From the NCBI GenBank assembly GCA_032718475.1, contig JAUCBJ010004713.1, positions 1-51,067 of the forward strand: 51,067 bases of DNA, given 5' to 3'. Below the pieces are notes generated by a model. The model had not been told where the DNA came from. It ran no database searches and saw only the letters and a list, made by a program, of their open reading frames with translations. A program made the position numbers and the translations under genes. The stretch comes from Nemertoderma westbladi (lineage: Eukaryota; Animalia; Xenacoelomorpha). Positions 11,349 through 24,100 of the stretch are shown one piece after another; position 1 is the first letter of the stretch, and each line of letters opens with the position of its first letter.

Positions 11349-14040
11349 GACACTCACCTTGTACAGCTAGGTTGGCTCCCTATACTCACCTTGTACAGCT
11401 AGGTTGGCTCCCTACACTCACCTTGTACGGCTAGGTTGGCTCCCTACACTCACCTTGTACAGCTAGGTTGGCTCCCTAGACTCACCTTGTACAGCTAGGT
11501 TGGCTCCCTACACTCACCTTGTACAGCTAGGTAGGCTCCCTACACTCACCTTGTACAGCTAGGTTGGTTCCCTACACTCACCTTGTACAGCTAGGTTGGC
11601 TCCCTACACTCACCTTGTACAGCTAGGTTGGCTCCCTACACTCACCTTGTACAGCTAGGTTGGCTCCCTACACTCACCTTGTACAGTTAGGTTGGCTCCC
11701 TACACTCACCTTGTACAGGTAGGTTGGCTCCCTACACTCACCTTGTACATCTAGGTTGGCTCCCTACACTCACCTTGTACAGCTAGGTAGGCTCCCTACA
11801 CTCACCTTGTACAGCTAGGTTGGTTCCCTACACTCACCTTGTACAGCTAGGTTGGCTCCCTACACTCACCTTGTACAGGTAGGTTGGCTCCCTACACTCA
11901 CCTTGTACAGCTAGGTTGGTTCCCTACACTCACCTTGTACAGCTAGGTTGGCTCCCTACACTCACCTTGTACAGGTAGGTTGGCTCCCTACACTCACCTT
12001 GTACATCTAGGTTGGCTCCCTACACTCACCTTGTACAGCTAGGTTGGCTCCCTACACTCACCTTGTACAGCTAGGTTGGCTCCCTAGACTCACCTTGTAC
12101 AGCTAGGTTGGTTCCCTAGACTCACCTTGTACAGCTACGTTGGCTCCCTACACTCACCTTGTACGGCTAGGTTGGCTCCCTACACTCACCTTGTACAGCT
12201 AGGTAGGCTCCCTACACTCACCTTGTACAGCTAGGTTGGTTCCCTACACTCACCTTGTACAGCTAGGTTGGCTCCCTACACTCACCTTGTACAGGTAGGT
12301 TGGCTCCCTACACTCACCTTGTACATCTAGGTTGGCTCCCTACACTCACCTTGTACAGCTAGGTTGGCTCCCTACACTCACCTTGTACAGCTAGGTTGGC
12401 TCCCTAGACTCACCTTGTACAGCTAGGTTGGTTCCCTAGACTCACCTTGTACAGCTACGTTGGCTCCCTACACTCACCTTGTACAGCTAGGTAGGCTCCC
12501 TACACTCACCTTGTACAGCTAGGTTGGTTCCCTACACTCACCTTGTACAGCTAGGTTGGCTCCCTACACTCACCTTGTACAGGTAGGTTGGCTCCCTACA
12601 CTCACCTTGTACATCTAGGTTGGCTCCCTACACTCACCTTGTACAGCTAGGTTGGCTCCCTACACTCACCTTGTACAGCTAGGTTGGCTCCCTAGACTCA
12701 CCTTGTACAGCTAGGTTGGTTCCCTAGACTCACCTTGTACAGCTACGTTGGCTCCCTACACTCACCTTGTACGGCTAGGTTGGCTCCCTACACTCACCTT
12801 GTACAGCTAGGTTGGCTCCCTACACTCACCTTGTACAGCTAGGTTGGTTCCCTACACTCACCTTGTACAGCTAGGTTGGCTCCCTACACTCACCTTGTAC
12901 GGCTAGGTTGGCTCCCTACACTCACCTTGTACAGCTAGGTTGGCTCCCTACACTCACCTTGTACAGCTAGGTTCGTTCCCTACACTCACCTTGTACAGCT
13001 AGGTTGGCTCCCTACACTCACCTTGTACAGCTAGGTTGGCTCCCTACACTCACCTTGTACAGCTAGGTTGGCTCCCTACACTCAACTTGTACAGCTAGGT
13101 TGGCTCCCTAGACTCACCTTGTACAGTTAGGTTGGCTCCCTACACTCACCTTGTACAGGTAGGTTGGCTCCCTACACTCACCTTGTACACTAGGTTGGCT
13201 CCCTACACTCACCTTGTACAGCTAGGTTGGCTCCCTACACTCACCTTGTACAGGTAGGTTGGCTCCCTACACTCACCTTGTACATCTAGGTTGGCTCCCT
13301 ACACTCACCTTGTACAGCTAGGTTGGCTCCCTACACTCACCTTGTACAGCTAGGTTGGCTCCCTAGACTCACCTTGTACAGCTAGGTTGGTTCCCTAGAC
13401 TCACCTTGTACAGCTACGTTGGCTCCCTACACTCACCTTGTACGGCTAGGTTGGCTCCCTACACTCACCTTGTACAGCTAGGTTGGCTCCCTACACTCAC
13501 CTTGTACAGCTAGGTTGGTTCCCTACACTCACCTTGTACAGCTAGGTTGGCTCCCTACACTCACCTTGTACGGCTAGGTTGGCTCCCTACACTCACCTTG
13601 TACAGCTAGGTTGGCTCCCTACACTCACCTTGTACAGCTAGGTTCGTTCCCTACACTCACCTTGTACAGCTAGGTTGGCTCCCTACACTCACCTTGTACA
13701 GCTAGGTTGGCTCCCTACACTCACCTTGTACAGCTAGGTTGGCTCCCTACACTCAACTTGTACAGCTAGGTTGGCTCCCTAGACTCACCTTGTACAGTTA
13801 GGTTGGCTCCCTACACACACCTTGTACAGCTAGGTTGGCTCCCTACACTCACCTTGTACAGCTAGGCTTGGCTCCCTACACTCACCTTGTACAGCTAGGT
13901 TGGCTCCCGTGCACTCACCTTGTTCAGCTAGGACCTTGGCTCCCGACACTCACCTTGTACAGCTAGGTTGGCTCCCTAGACTCACCTTGTACAGCTAGGT
14001 TGGCTCCCTCCTCCCTTGTACACTGGACCTTGGTTACCGA
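11349..14040 (-). repeat. 32-bp tandem repeat x~84 built from the exon D 3' end + splice donor
   Basis: Minus-strand unit GGGAGCCAACCTAGCTGTACAAG|GTGAGTGTA (23 + 9 nt); irregular transition zone at ~13860-14100. Confidence 0.97.
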
Positions 14041-14514
14041 CACTCACCTTGTACAGCTAGGTTGGCTCCCGTGCTTTGCTTACCTGGCACCTTGGTTACG
14101 GACACTCACCTTGTACAGCTAGGTTGGCTCCCGTGCTTTGTTTATGGACCTTGGTTACGGACACTCACCTTGTACAGCTAGGTTGGCTCCCGTGCTTTGT
14201 TTATGGACCTTGGTTACGGACACTCACCTTGTACAGCTAGGTTGGCTCCCGTGCTTTGTTTATGGACCTTGGTTACGGACACTCACCTTGTACAGCTAGG
14301 TTGGCTCCCGTGCTTTGTTTATGGACCTTGGTTACGGACACTCACCTTGTACAGCTAGGTTGGCTCCCGTGCTTTGTTTATGGACCTTGGTTACGGACAC
14401 TCACCTTGTACAGCTAGGTTGGCTCCCGTGCTTTGTTTATGGACCTTGGTTACGGACACTCACCTTGTACAGCTAGGTTGGCTCCCGTGCTTTGTTTATG
14501 GACCTTGGTTACGG
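14041..14514 (-). repeat. 59-bp tandem repeat x~8 built from the exon D 3' end + splice donor
   Basis: Unit = last 51 nt of exon D + GTGAGTGT; period 59 seen directly (14101, 14160, 14219...). Confidence 0.97.
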
Positions 14515-14613
14515 CATTTTCCGCCGTACAAACGTAACGACCGACAGAGTCTACCGAATTCACGCCATTAATTATGAGAACGCCGGTGTTGGTAATAACC
14601 ATTCTTTGGTCGT
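14464..14613 (-). CDS. Dscam: Dscam-like exon D: C-terminal half of Ig2
   Basis: Flanked by ttttacAG and GTGAGT; 150 nt, phase 1 to 1. (D)DQRMVITNTGVLIINGVNSVDSVGRYVCTAENAVTKVHKQSTGANLAVQ has G.L.I..V...D...Y.C. Confidence 0.9.
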
Positions 14614-15127
14614 CTGTAAAACCAAATACATAAAACATAAAATGTTGTACATTTCAGAGACAAGGGGGGGGGGGGTTGACGTGGAAATTTGACTCGTATC
14701 TCGTCTCATGGTTTAATTATCAATTAAGGGAAAGGAGCAGGTTACATTGGCTCGTTATTCTAACCAAAACAATAAACTAAAGTGAATAGAACAGGTTCCA
14801 GTTATTTTTTAGAGTAATCCAGATCTCATGTTCTCATACGATTGCTAAAAAATTTTCCAAGTTGATATTAAAAAAAATATTACGGCCCCACACAGCTCTG
14901 ATGATGAAATTGTTGTAGATGATTTTCAGAGGGCGGCTTATTGGATCGGGTAGATCAACATTATTTTCTTGCTATTCTTGGGAACTTCAAAGCTTCTTTG
15001 CCTAACTAGGACGCCCTGGATGTACAGCTGACATGTAAATCGAAATTCTGGAAACTCCGAGGAATTCATACTTGATAATGAACCGCTTTCAGCTAGTGAA
15101 TAGTTTCGGTTAGCCTGGTAGACGACA

Positions 15128-18100
15128 AACCCCTGACCGGGGGGTTCAAGGCTAATATAATGAATCCGTAACTGGGGGGTTCAATACTAATAGAATGAAT
15201 CCCTGACCGGGGGTTCAAGGCTAATAGAATGAATCCCTGACCGGGGATTCAATACTAATAGAATGAATCTCTGACCGGGGGTTCAAGGCTAATAGAATGA
15301 ATCCCTGACCGGGGGGTTCAATACTAATAAAATGAATCTCCGACCGGGGGTTCAAGGCTAATAGAATGAATCCCTGACCGGGGGTTCAAGGCTAATAGAA
15401 TGAATCCCTGACCGGGGGGTTCAAGGCTAATAGAATGAATCCCTGACCGGGGGGTTCAATACTAATAGAATGAATCCCTGACCGGGGGTTCAATACTAAT
15501 AGAATAAATCCCTGACCGGGGGTTCAAGGCTAATAGAATGAATCCCTGACCGGGGGGTTCAATACTAATAGAATGAATCTCTGACCGGGGGTTCAATACT
15601 AATAGAATGAATCCCTGGCCGGGGATTCAATACTAATAGAATGAATCTCTGACCGGGGGTTCAATACTAATAGAATGAATCCCTGGCCGGGGATTCAAGG
15701 CTAATAGAATGAATCTCTGACCGGGAGTTCAATACTAATAGAATGAATCCCTGACCGGGGGTTCAAGGCTAATAGAATGAATCCCTAACCGGGGGTTCAA
15801 TACTAATAGAATGAATCCCTGACCGGGGGTTCAAGGCTAATAGAATGAATCTCTGACCGGGGGTTCAAGGCTAATAGAATGAATCTCTGACCGGGGGTTC
15901 AATACTAATAGAATGAATCTCCGACCGGGGGTTTAAGGCTAATAGAATGAATCCCTGACCGGGGGGTTCAAGGCTAATAGAATGAATCCCTGACCGGGGG
16001 TTCAAGGCTAATAGAATGAATCCCTGACCGGGGGGTTCAAGGCTAATAGAATGAATCCCTGACCGGGGGGTTCAAGGCTAATAGAATGAATCCCTGACCG
16101 GGGGTTCAAGGCTAATAGAATGAATCCCTGACCGGGGGGTTCAATACTAATAGAATGAATCCCTGACCGGGGGGTTCAATACTAATAGAATGAATCCCTG
16201 GCCGGGGATTCAATACTAATAGAATGAATCCCTGACCGGGGGTTCAAGGCTAATAGAATGAATCCCTGACCGGTTCAAGGCTAATAGAATGAATCTCTGA
16301 CCGGGGGGTTCAATACTAATAGAATGAATCCCTAACCGGGGGTTCAAGGCAAATAGAATGAATCCCTAACCGGGGGTTCAAGGCTAATAGAATGAATCCC
16401 TGACCGGTTCAAGGCTAATAGAATGAATCTCTGACCGGGGGTTCAAGGCTAATAGAATGAATCCGTAACCGGGGGGTTCAATACTAATATAATGAATCCC
16501 TAACCGGGGGTTCAAGGCTAATAGAATGAATCCCTAACCGGGGGTTCAATACTAATAGAATGAATCCCTGACCGGGGGTTCAAGGCTAATAGAATGAATC
16601 CCTAACCGGGGGTTCAAGGCTAATAGAATGAATCCGTAACCGGGGGGTTCAATACTAATAGAATGAATCCCTAACCGGGGGTTCAAGGCTAATAGAATGA
16701 ATCCCTGACCGGGGGTTCAAGGCTAATAGAATGAATCCCTGACCGGCGGGTTCAAGGCTAATAGAATGAATCCGTAACCGGGGGGTTCAATACTAATATA
16801 ATGAATCCCTAACCGGGGGTTCAAGGCTAATAGAATGAATCCCTAACCGGGGGTTCAAGGCTAATATAATGAATCCCTAACCGGGGGTTCAAGGCTAATA
16901 GAATGAATCCCTGACCGGGGGTTCAAGGCTAATAGAATGAATCTCTGACCGGGGGTTCAAGGCTAATAGAATTAATCCCTGACTGGGGGTTCAATACTAA
17001 TAGAATGAATCCCTGGCCGGGGATTCAATACTAATAGAATGAATCTCTGACCGGGGGTTCAAGGCTAATAGAATGAATCCCTGACCGGTTCAAGGCTAAT
17101 AGAATGAATCCCTGGCCGGGGATTCAATACTAATAGAATGAATCCCTGACCGGGGATTCAAGGCTAATAGAATGAACCCCTAACCGGGGGTTCAACGCTA
17201 ATAGAATGAATCCCTGACCGGTTCAAGGCTAATAGAATGAATCCCTGGCCGGGGATTCAATACTAATAGAATGAATCCCTGACCGGGGATTCAAGGCTAA
17301 TAGAATGAATCCCTAACCGGGGGTTCAAGGCTAATATAATGAATCCCTGACCGGGTGTTCAAGGCTAATAGAATGAATCTCTGACCGGGGGGTTCAATAC
17401 TAATAGAATGAATCTCTGACCGGGGGTTCAAGGCTAATATAATGAATCCCTGACCGGGGGGTTCAATACTAATAGAATGAATCCCTAACCGGGGGTTCAA
17501 GGCTAATAGAATGAATCCCTGGCCGGGGGGTTCAATACTAATAGAATAAATCCCTGACCGGGGGGTTCAATACTAATAGAATGAATCCCTAACCGGGGGT
17601 TCAAGGCTAATAGAATGAATCCCTGGCCGGGGGGTTCAATACTAATAGAATGAATCTCTGACCGGGGGGTTCAATACTAATAGAATGAATCCCTGGCCGG
17701 GGATTCAATACTAATAGAATGAATCCCTGACCGGGGGTTCAAGGCTAATAGAATGAATCCCTGACCGGGGGTTCAAGGCTAATAGAATGAATCCCTGACC
17801 GGGGGATTCAATACTAATAGAATGAATCTCTGACCGGGGGTTCAATACTAATAGAATGAATCCCTGGCCGGGGATTCAATACTAATAGAATGAATCTCTG
17901 ACCGGGGGTTCAAGGCTAATAGAATGAATCCCTGACCGGGGGTTCAAGGCTAATAGAATGAATCTCTGACCGGGGGGTTCAATACTAATAGAATGAATCC
18001 CTGACCGGGGGTTCAATACTAATAGAATGAATCCGTGACCGGGGGGTTCAAGGCTAATAGAATGAATTCCTGACCGGGGGTTCAAGGCTAATAGAATGAA

Positions 18101-21100
18101 TCCCTGGCCGGGGGTTCAAGGCTAATAGAATGAATCTCTGACCGGGGGGTTCAATACTAATAGAATGAATCCCTGGCCGGGGATTCAATACTAATAGAAT
18201 GAATCCCTGGCCGGGGATTCAATACTAATAGAATGAATCCCTGACCGGGGGGTTCAATACTAATAGAATGAATCCCTGACCGGGGGGTTCAATACTAATA
18301 GAATGAATCCCTGACCGGGGGGTTCAATACTAATAGAATGAATCCCTGACCGGGGGGTTCAATACTAATAGAATGAATCCCTGACCGGGGGTTCAATACT
18401 AATAGAATGAATCCCTGACCGGGGGGTTCAATACTAATAGAATGAATCCCTGACCGGGGGGTTCAATACTAATAGAATGAATCCCTGACCGGGGGGTTTA
18501 ATACTAATATAATGAATCCCTGACCGGGGGTTCAATACTAATAGAATGAATCCCTGACCGGGGGGTTCAATACTAATAGAATGAATCCCTGACCGGGGGG
18601 TTCAATACTAATAGAATGAATCCCTGACCGGGGGGTTTAATACTAATATAATGAATCCCTGACCCGGGGTTCAAGGCTAATAGAATGAATCCCTGACCGG
18701 GGGTTTAAGGCTAATAGAATGAATCCCTGACCGGGGGGTTCAATACTAATAGAATGAATCCCTGACCGGGGGGTTCAAGGCTAATAGAATGAATCCCTGA
18801 CCGGGGGTTTAAGGCTAATAGAATGAATCCCTGACCGGGGGGTTCAAGGCTAATAGAATGAATCCCTGACCGGGGGTTTAAGGCTAATAGAATGAATCCC
18901 TGACCGGGGGGTTCAATACTAATAGAATGAATCCCTGACCGGGGGGTTCAAGGCTAATAGAATGAATCCCTGACCGGGGGTTTAAGGCTAATAGAATGAA
19001 TCCCTGACCGGGGGGTTCAATACTAATAGAATGAATCCCTGACCGGGGGTTTAAGGCTAATAGAATGAATCCCTGACTGGGGGTTCAATACTAATAGAAT
19101 GAATCCCTGACTGAGGGCTCAATACTAATAGAATGAATCCCTGACAGGGGGTTCAATACTAATAGAATGAATCCCTGACAGGGGGTTCAAGGCTAATAGC
19201 ATGAATCCCTGACCGTGTGTTCAAGGCTAATAGAATGAATCCCTGACCGGCGGGTTCAATACTAATAGAATGAATCTCTGACCGGGGGTTCAAGGCTAAT
19301 AGAATGAATCCCTGACCGGGGGGTTCAATACTAATAGAATGAATCCCTGACCGGGGGTTCAAGGCTAATAGAATGAATCCCTGACCGGGGGTTCAATACT
19401 AATAGAATGAATCCCTGACCGGGGGGTTCAATACTAATAGAATGAATCCCTGACCGGGGGTTCAAGGCTAATAGAATGAATCCCTGACCGTGTGTTCAAG
19501 GCTAATAGAATGAATCCCTGACCGGCGGGTTCAATACTAATAGAATGAATCTCTGACCGGGGGTTCAAGGCTAATAGAATGAATCCCTGACCGGCGGGTT
19601 CAATACTAATAGAATGAATCTCTGACCGGGGGTTCAAGGCTAATAGAATGAATCCCTGACCGGGGGGTTCAATACTAATAGAATGAATCCCTGACCGGGG
19701 GTTCAAGGCTAATAGAATGAATCCCTGACCGGGGGTTCAATACTAATAGAATGAATCCCTGGCCGGGGGGTTCAATACTAATAGAATGAATCCCTGACCT
19801 GGGGGTTCAATACTAATAGAATGAATCCCTGACCGGGGGTCCAAGGCTAATAGAATGAATCCATGACCGGCGGGTTCAATACTAATAGAATGAATCCCTG
19901 ACCGGGGGGTTCAATACTAATAGAATGAATCCCTGACCTGGGGGTTCAATACTAATAGAATGAATCCCTGACCGGGGGTTCAAGGCTAATAGAATGAATC
20001 CATGACCGGTGGTTCAATACTAATAGAATGAATCTCTGACCGGGGGTTCAAGGCTAATAGAATGAATCCCTGACCGGGGGGTTCAATACTAATAGAATGA
20101 ATCCCTGACCGGGGGTTCAAGGCTAATAGAATGAATCCCTGACCGGGGGTTCAATACTAATAGAATGAATCCCTGACCGGCGGGTTCAATACTAATAGAA
20201 TGAATCTCTGACCGGGGGTTCAAGGCTAATAGAATGAATCCCTGACCGGGGGGTTCAATACTAATAGAATGAATCCCTGACCGGGGGTTCAAGGCTAATA
20301 GAATGAATCCCTGACCGGGGGTTCAATACTAATAGAATGAATCCCTGGCCGGGGGGTTCAATACTAATAGAATGAATCCCTGACCTGGGGGTTCAATACT
20401 AATAGAATGAATCCCTGACCGGGGGTTCAATACTAATAGAATGAATCCCTGGCCGGGGGGTTCAATACTAATAGAATGAATCCCTGACCGGGGATTCAAT
20501 ACTAATAGAATGAATCCCTGACCGGGGGGTTCAAGGCTAATAGAATGAATCCCTGACCGGCGGGTTCAATACTAATAGAATGAATCCCTGACCGGGGGGT
20601 TCAATACTAATAGAATGAATCCCTGACCTGGGGGTTCAATACTAATAGAATGAATCCCTGACCGGGGGTTCAAGGCTAATAGAATGAATCCATGACCGGT
20701 GGTTCAATACTAATAGAATGAATCCCTGACCGGGGGTTGAAGGCTAATAGAATGAATCCCTGACCGGGGGTTCAAGGCTAATAGAATGAATCCCTGACCG
20801 GGGGTTCAAGGCTAATAGAATGAATCCCTGACCGGGGGTTCAAGGCTAATAGAATGAATCCCTGACCGGGGGTTCAATACTAATAGAATGAATCCCTGAC
20901 CGGGGGGTTCAATACTAATAGAATGAATCCCTGACCGGGGGGTTCAAGGCTAATAGAATGAATCCCTGACCGGGGGTTCAAGGCTAATAGAATGAATCCC
21001 TGACCGGGGGTTCAAGGCTAATAGAATGAATCCCTGACCGGGGGTTTAAGGCTAATAGAATGAATCCCTGACCGGGGGGTTCAATACTAATAGAATGAAT

Positions 21101-24100
21101 CCCTGACCGGGGGGTTCAATACTAATAGAATGAATCCCTGACCCGGGGTTCAAGGCTAATAGAATGACTCCCTGACCGGGGGTTCAATACTAATATAATG
21201 AATCCCTGACCCGGGGTTCAATACTAATAGAATGAATCCCTGACCGGGGGTTCAATACTAATAGAATGAATCCCTGACCGGGGGTTCAAGGCTAATAGAA
21301 TGAATCCCTGACCGGGGGGTTCAATACTAATAGAATGAATCCCTGACCCGGGGTTCAAGGCTAATATAATGAATCCCTGACCGGGGGGTTCAATACTAAT
21401 AGAATGAATCCCTGACCGGGGGTTCAATACTAATAGCATGAATCCCTGACCGTGTGTTCAAGGCTAATAGAATGAATCCCTGACCGGGGGGTTCAATACT
21501 AATAGAATGAATCCCTGACCGGAGGGTTCAATACTAATAGAATGAATCCCTGACCGGGGGTTCAATACTAATAGCATGAATCCCTGACCGTGTGTTCAAG
21601 GCTAATAGAATGAATCCCTGACCGGCGGGTTCAATACTAATAGAATGAATCTCTGACCGGGGGTTCAAGGCTAATAGAATGAATCCCTGACCGGGGGGTT
21701 CAATACTAATAGAATGAATCCCTGACCGGGGGTTCAAGGCTAATAGAATGAATCCCTGACCGGGGGTTCAATACTAATAGAATGAATCCCTGACCGGGGG
21801 GTTCAATACTAATAGAATGAATCCCTGACCGGGGGTTCAAGGCTAATAGAATGAATCCCTGACCGTGTGTTCAAGGCTAATAGAATGAATCCCTGACCGG
21901 CGGGTTCAATACTAATAGAATGAATCTCTGACCGGGGGTTCAAGGCTAATAGAATGAATCCCTGACCGTGTGTTCAAGGCTAATAGAATGAATCCCTGAC
22001 CGGGGGTTCAATACTAATAGAATGAATCCCTGACCGGGGGGTTCAATACTAATAGAATGAATCCCTGACCGGGGGTTCAATACTAATAGAATGAATCCCT
22101 GACCGGGGGGTTCAATACTAATAGAATGAATCTCTGACCGGGGGTTCAAGGCTAATAGAATGAATCCCTGACCGGGGGGTTCAATACTAATAGAATGAAT
22201 CCCTGACCGGGGGTTCAAGGCTAATAGAATGAATCCCTGACCGGGGGTTCAATACTAATAGAATGAATCTCTGACCGGGGGTTCAAGGCTAATAGAATGA
22301 ATCCCTGACCGGGGGGTTCAATACTAATAGAATGAATCCCTGACCGGGGGTTCAAGGCTAATAGAATGAATCCCTGACCGGGGGGTTCAATACTAATAGA
22401 ATGAATCCCTGACCGGGGGTTCAAGGCTAATAGAATGAATCCCTGACCGGGGGTTCAATACTAATAGAATGAATCCCTGACCGGGGGGTTCAAGGCTAAT
22501 AGAATGAATCCCTGACCGGCGGGTTCAATACTAATAGAATGAAACTCTGACCGGGGGTTCAAGGCTAATAGAATGAATCCCTGACCGGGGGGTTCAATAC
22601 TAATAGAATGAATCCCTGACCGGGGGTTCAAGGCTAATAGAATGAATCCCTGACCGGGGGTTCAATACTAATAGAATGAATCCCTGACCGGGGGGTTCAA
22701 TACTAATAGAATGAATCCCTGACCCGGGGTTCAATACTAATAGAATGAATCCCTGGCCGGGGGGTTCAATACTAATAGAATGAATCCCTGACCGGGGGTT
22801 CAATACTAATAGCATGAATCCCTGACCGTGTGTTCAAGGCTAATAGAATGAATCCCTGACCGGGGGTTCAATACTAATAGAATGAATCCCTGACCGGGGG
22901 GTTCAATACTAATAGAATGAATCCCTGACCGGGGGTTCAATACTAATAGAATGAATCCCTGACCGGGGGGTTCAATACTAATAGAATGAATCCCTGACCG
23001 GGGGGTTCAATACTAATAGAATGAATCCCTGACCGGGGGTTCAATACTAATAGAATGAATCCCTGACCGGGGGGTTCAATACTAATAGAATGAATCCCTG
23101 ACCGGGGGGTTCAATACTAATAGAATGAATCCCTGACCGGGGGGTTCAATACTAATATAATGAATCCCTGACAGGGGGTTCAAGGCTAATAGAATGAATC
23201 CCTGACCGGGGGTTTAAGGCTAATAGAATGAATCCCTGACCGGGGGGTTCAATACTAATAGAATGAATCCCTGACCGGGGGGTTCAAGGCTAATAGAATG
23301 AATCCCTGACCGGGGGTTTAAGGCTAATAGAATGAATCCCTGACCGGGGGGTTCAAGGCTAATAGAATGAATCCCTGACCGGGGGTTTAAGGCTAATAGA
23401 ATGAATCCCTGACCGGGGGGTTCAATACTAATAGAATGAATCCCTGACCGGGGGGTTCAAGGCTAATAGAATGAATCCCTGACCGGGGGTTTAAGGCTAA
23501 TAGAATGAATCCCTGACCGGGGGGTTCAATACTAATAGAATGAATCCCTGACCGGGGGTTTAAGGCTAATAGAATGAATCCCTGACTGGGGGTTCAATAC
23601 TAATAGAATGAATCCCTGACTGAGGGCTCAATACTAATAGAATGAATCCCTGACAGGGGGTTCAATACTAATAGAATGAATCCCTGACAGGGGGTTCAAG
23701 GCTAATAGAATGAATCCCTAACCGGGGGTTTAAGCTTTAAGGCTAATAGAATGAATCCCTGACCGGGGGGTTCAATACTAATAGAATGAATCCCTGACCG
23801 GGGGGTTCAAGGCTAATAGAATGAATCCCTGACCGGGGGTTTAAGGCTAATAGAATGAATCCCTGACCGGGGGGTTCAATACTAATAGAATGAATCCCTG
23901 ACCGGGGGGTTCAATACTAATAGAATGAATCCCTGACAGGGGGTTCAAGGCTAATAGAATGAATCCCTGACCGGGGGTTTAAGGCTAATAGAATGAATCC
24001 CTGACCGGGGGGTTCAATACTAATAGAATGAATCCCTGACCGGGGGGTTCAAGGCTAATAGAATGAATCCCTGACCGGGGGTTTAAGGCTAATAGAATGA

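Noticed and set aside
3766-14514. CRISPR-like arrays
   Set aside because: Units are head-to-tail with no unique spacers, there are no cas genes, and the context is a spliced eukaryotic gene.
11349-14514. Recursive splice sites (AG|GT) or true microexon array
   Set aside because: No polypyrimidine tract or branch point, and only ~10 nt between units, too short for an intron.
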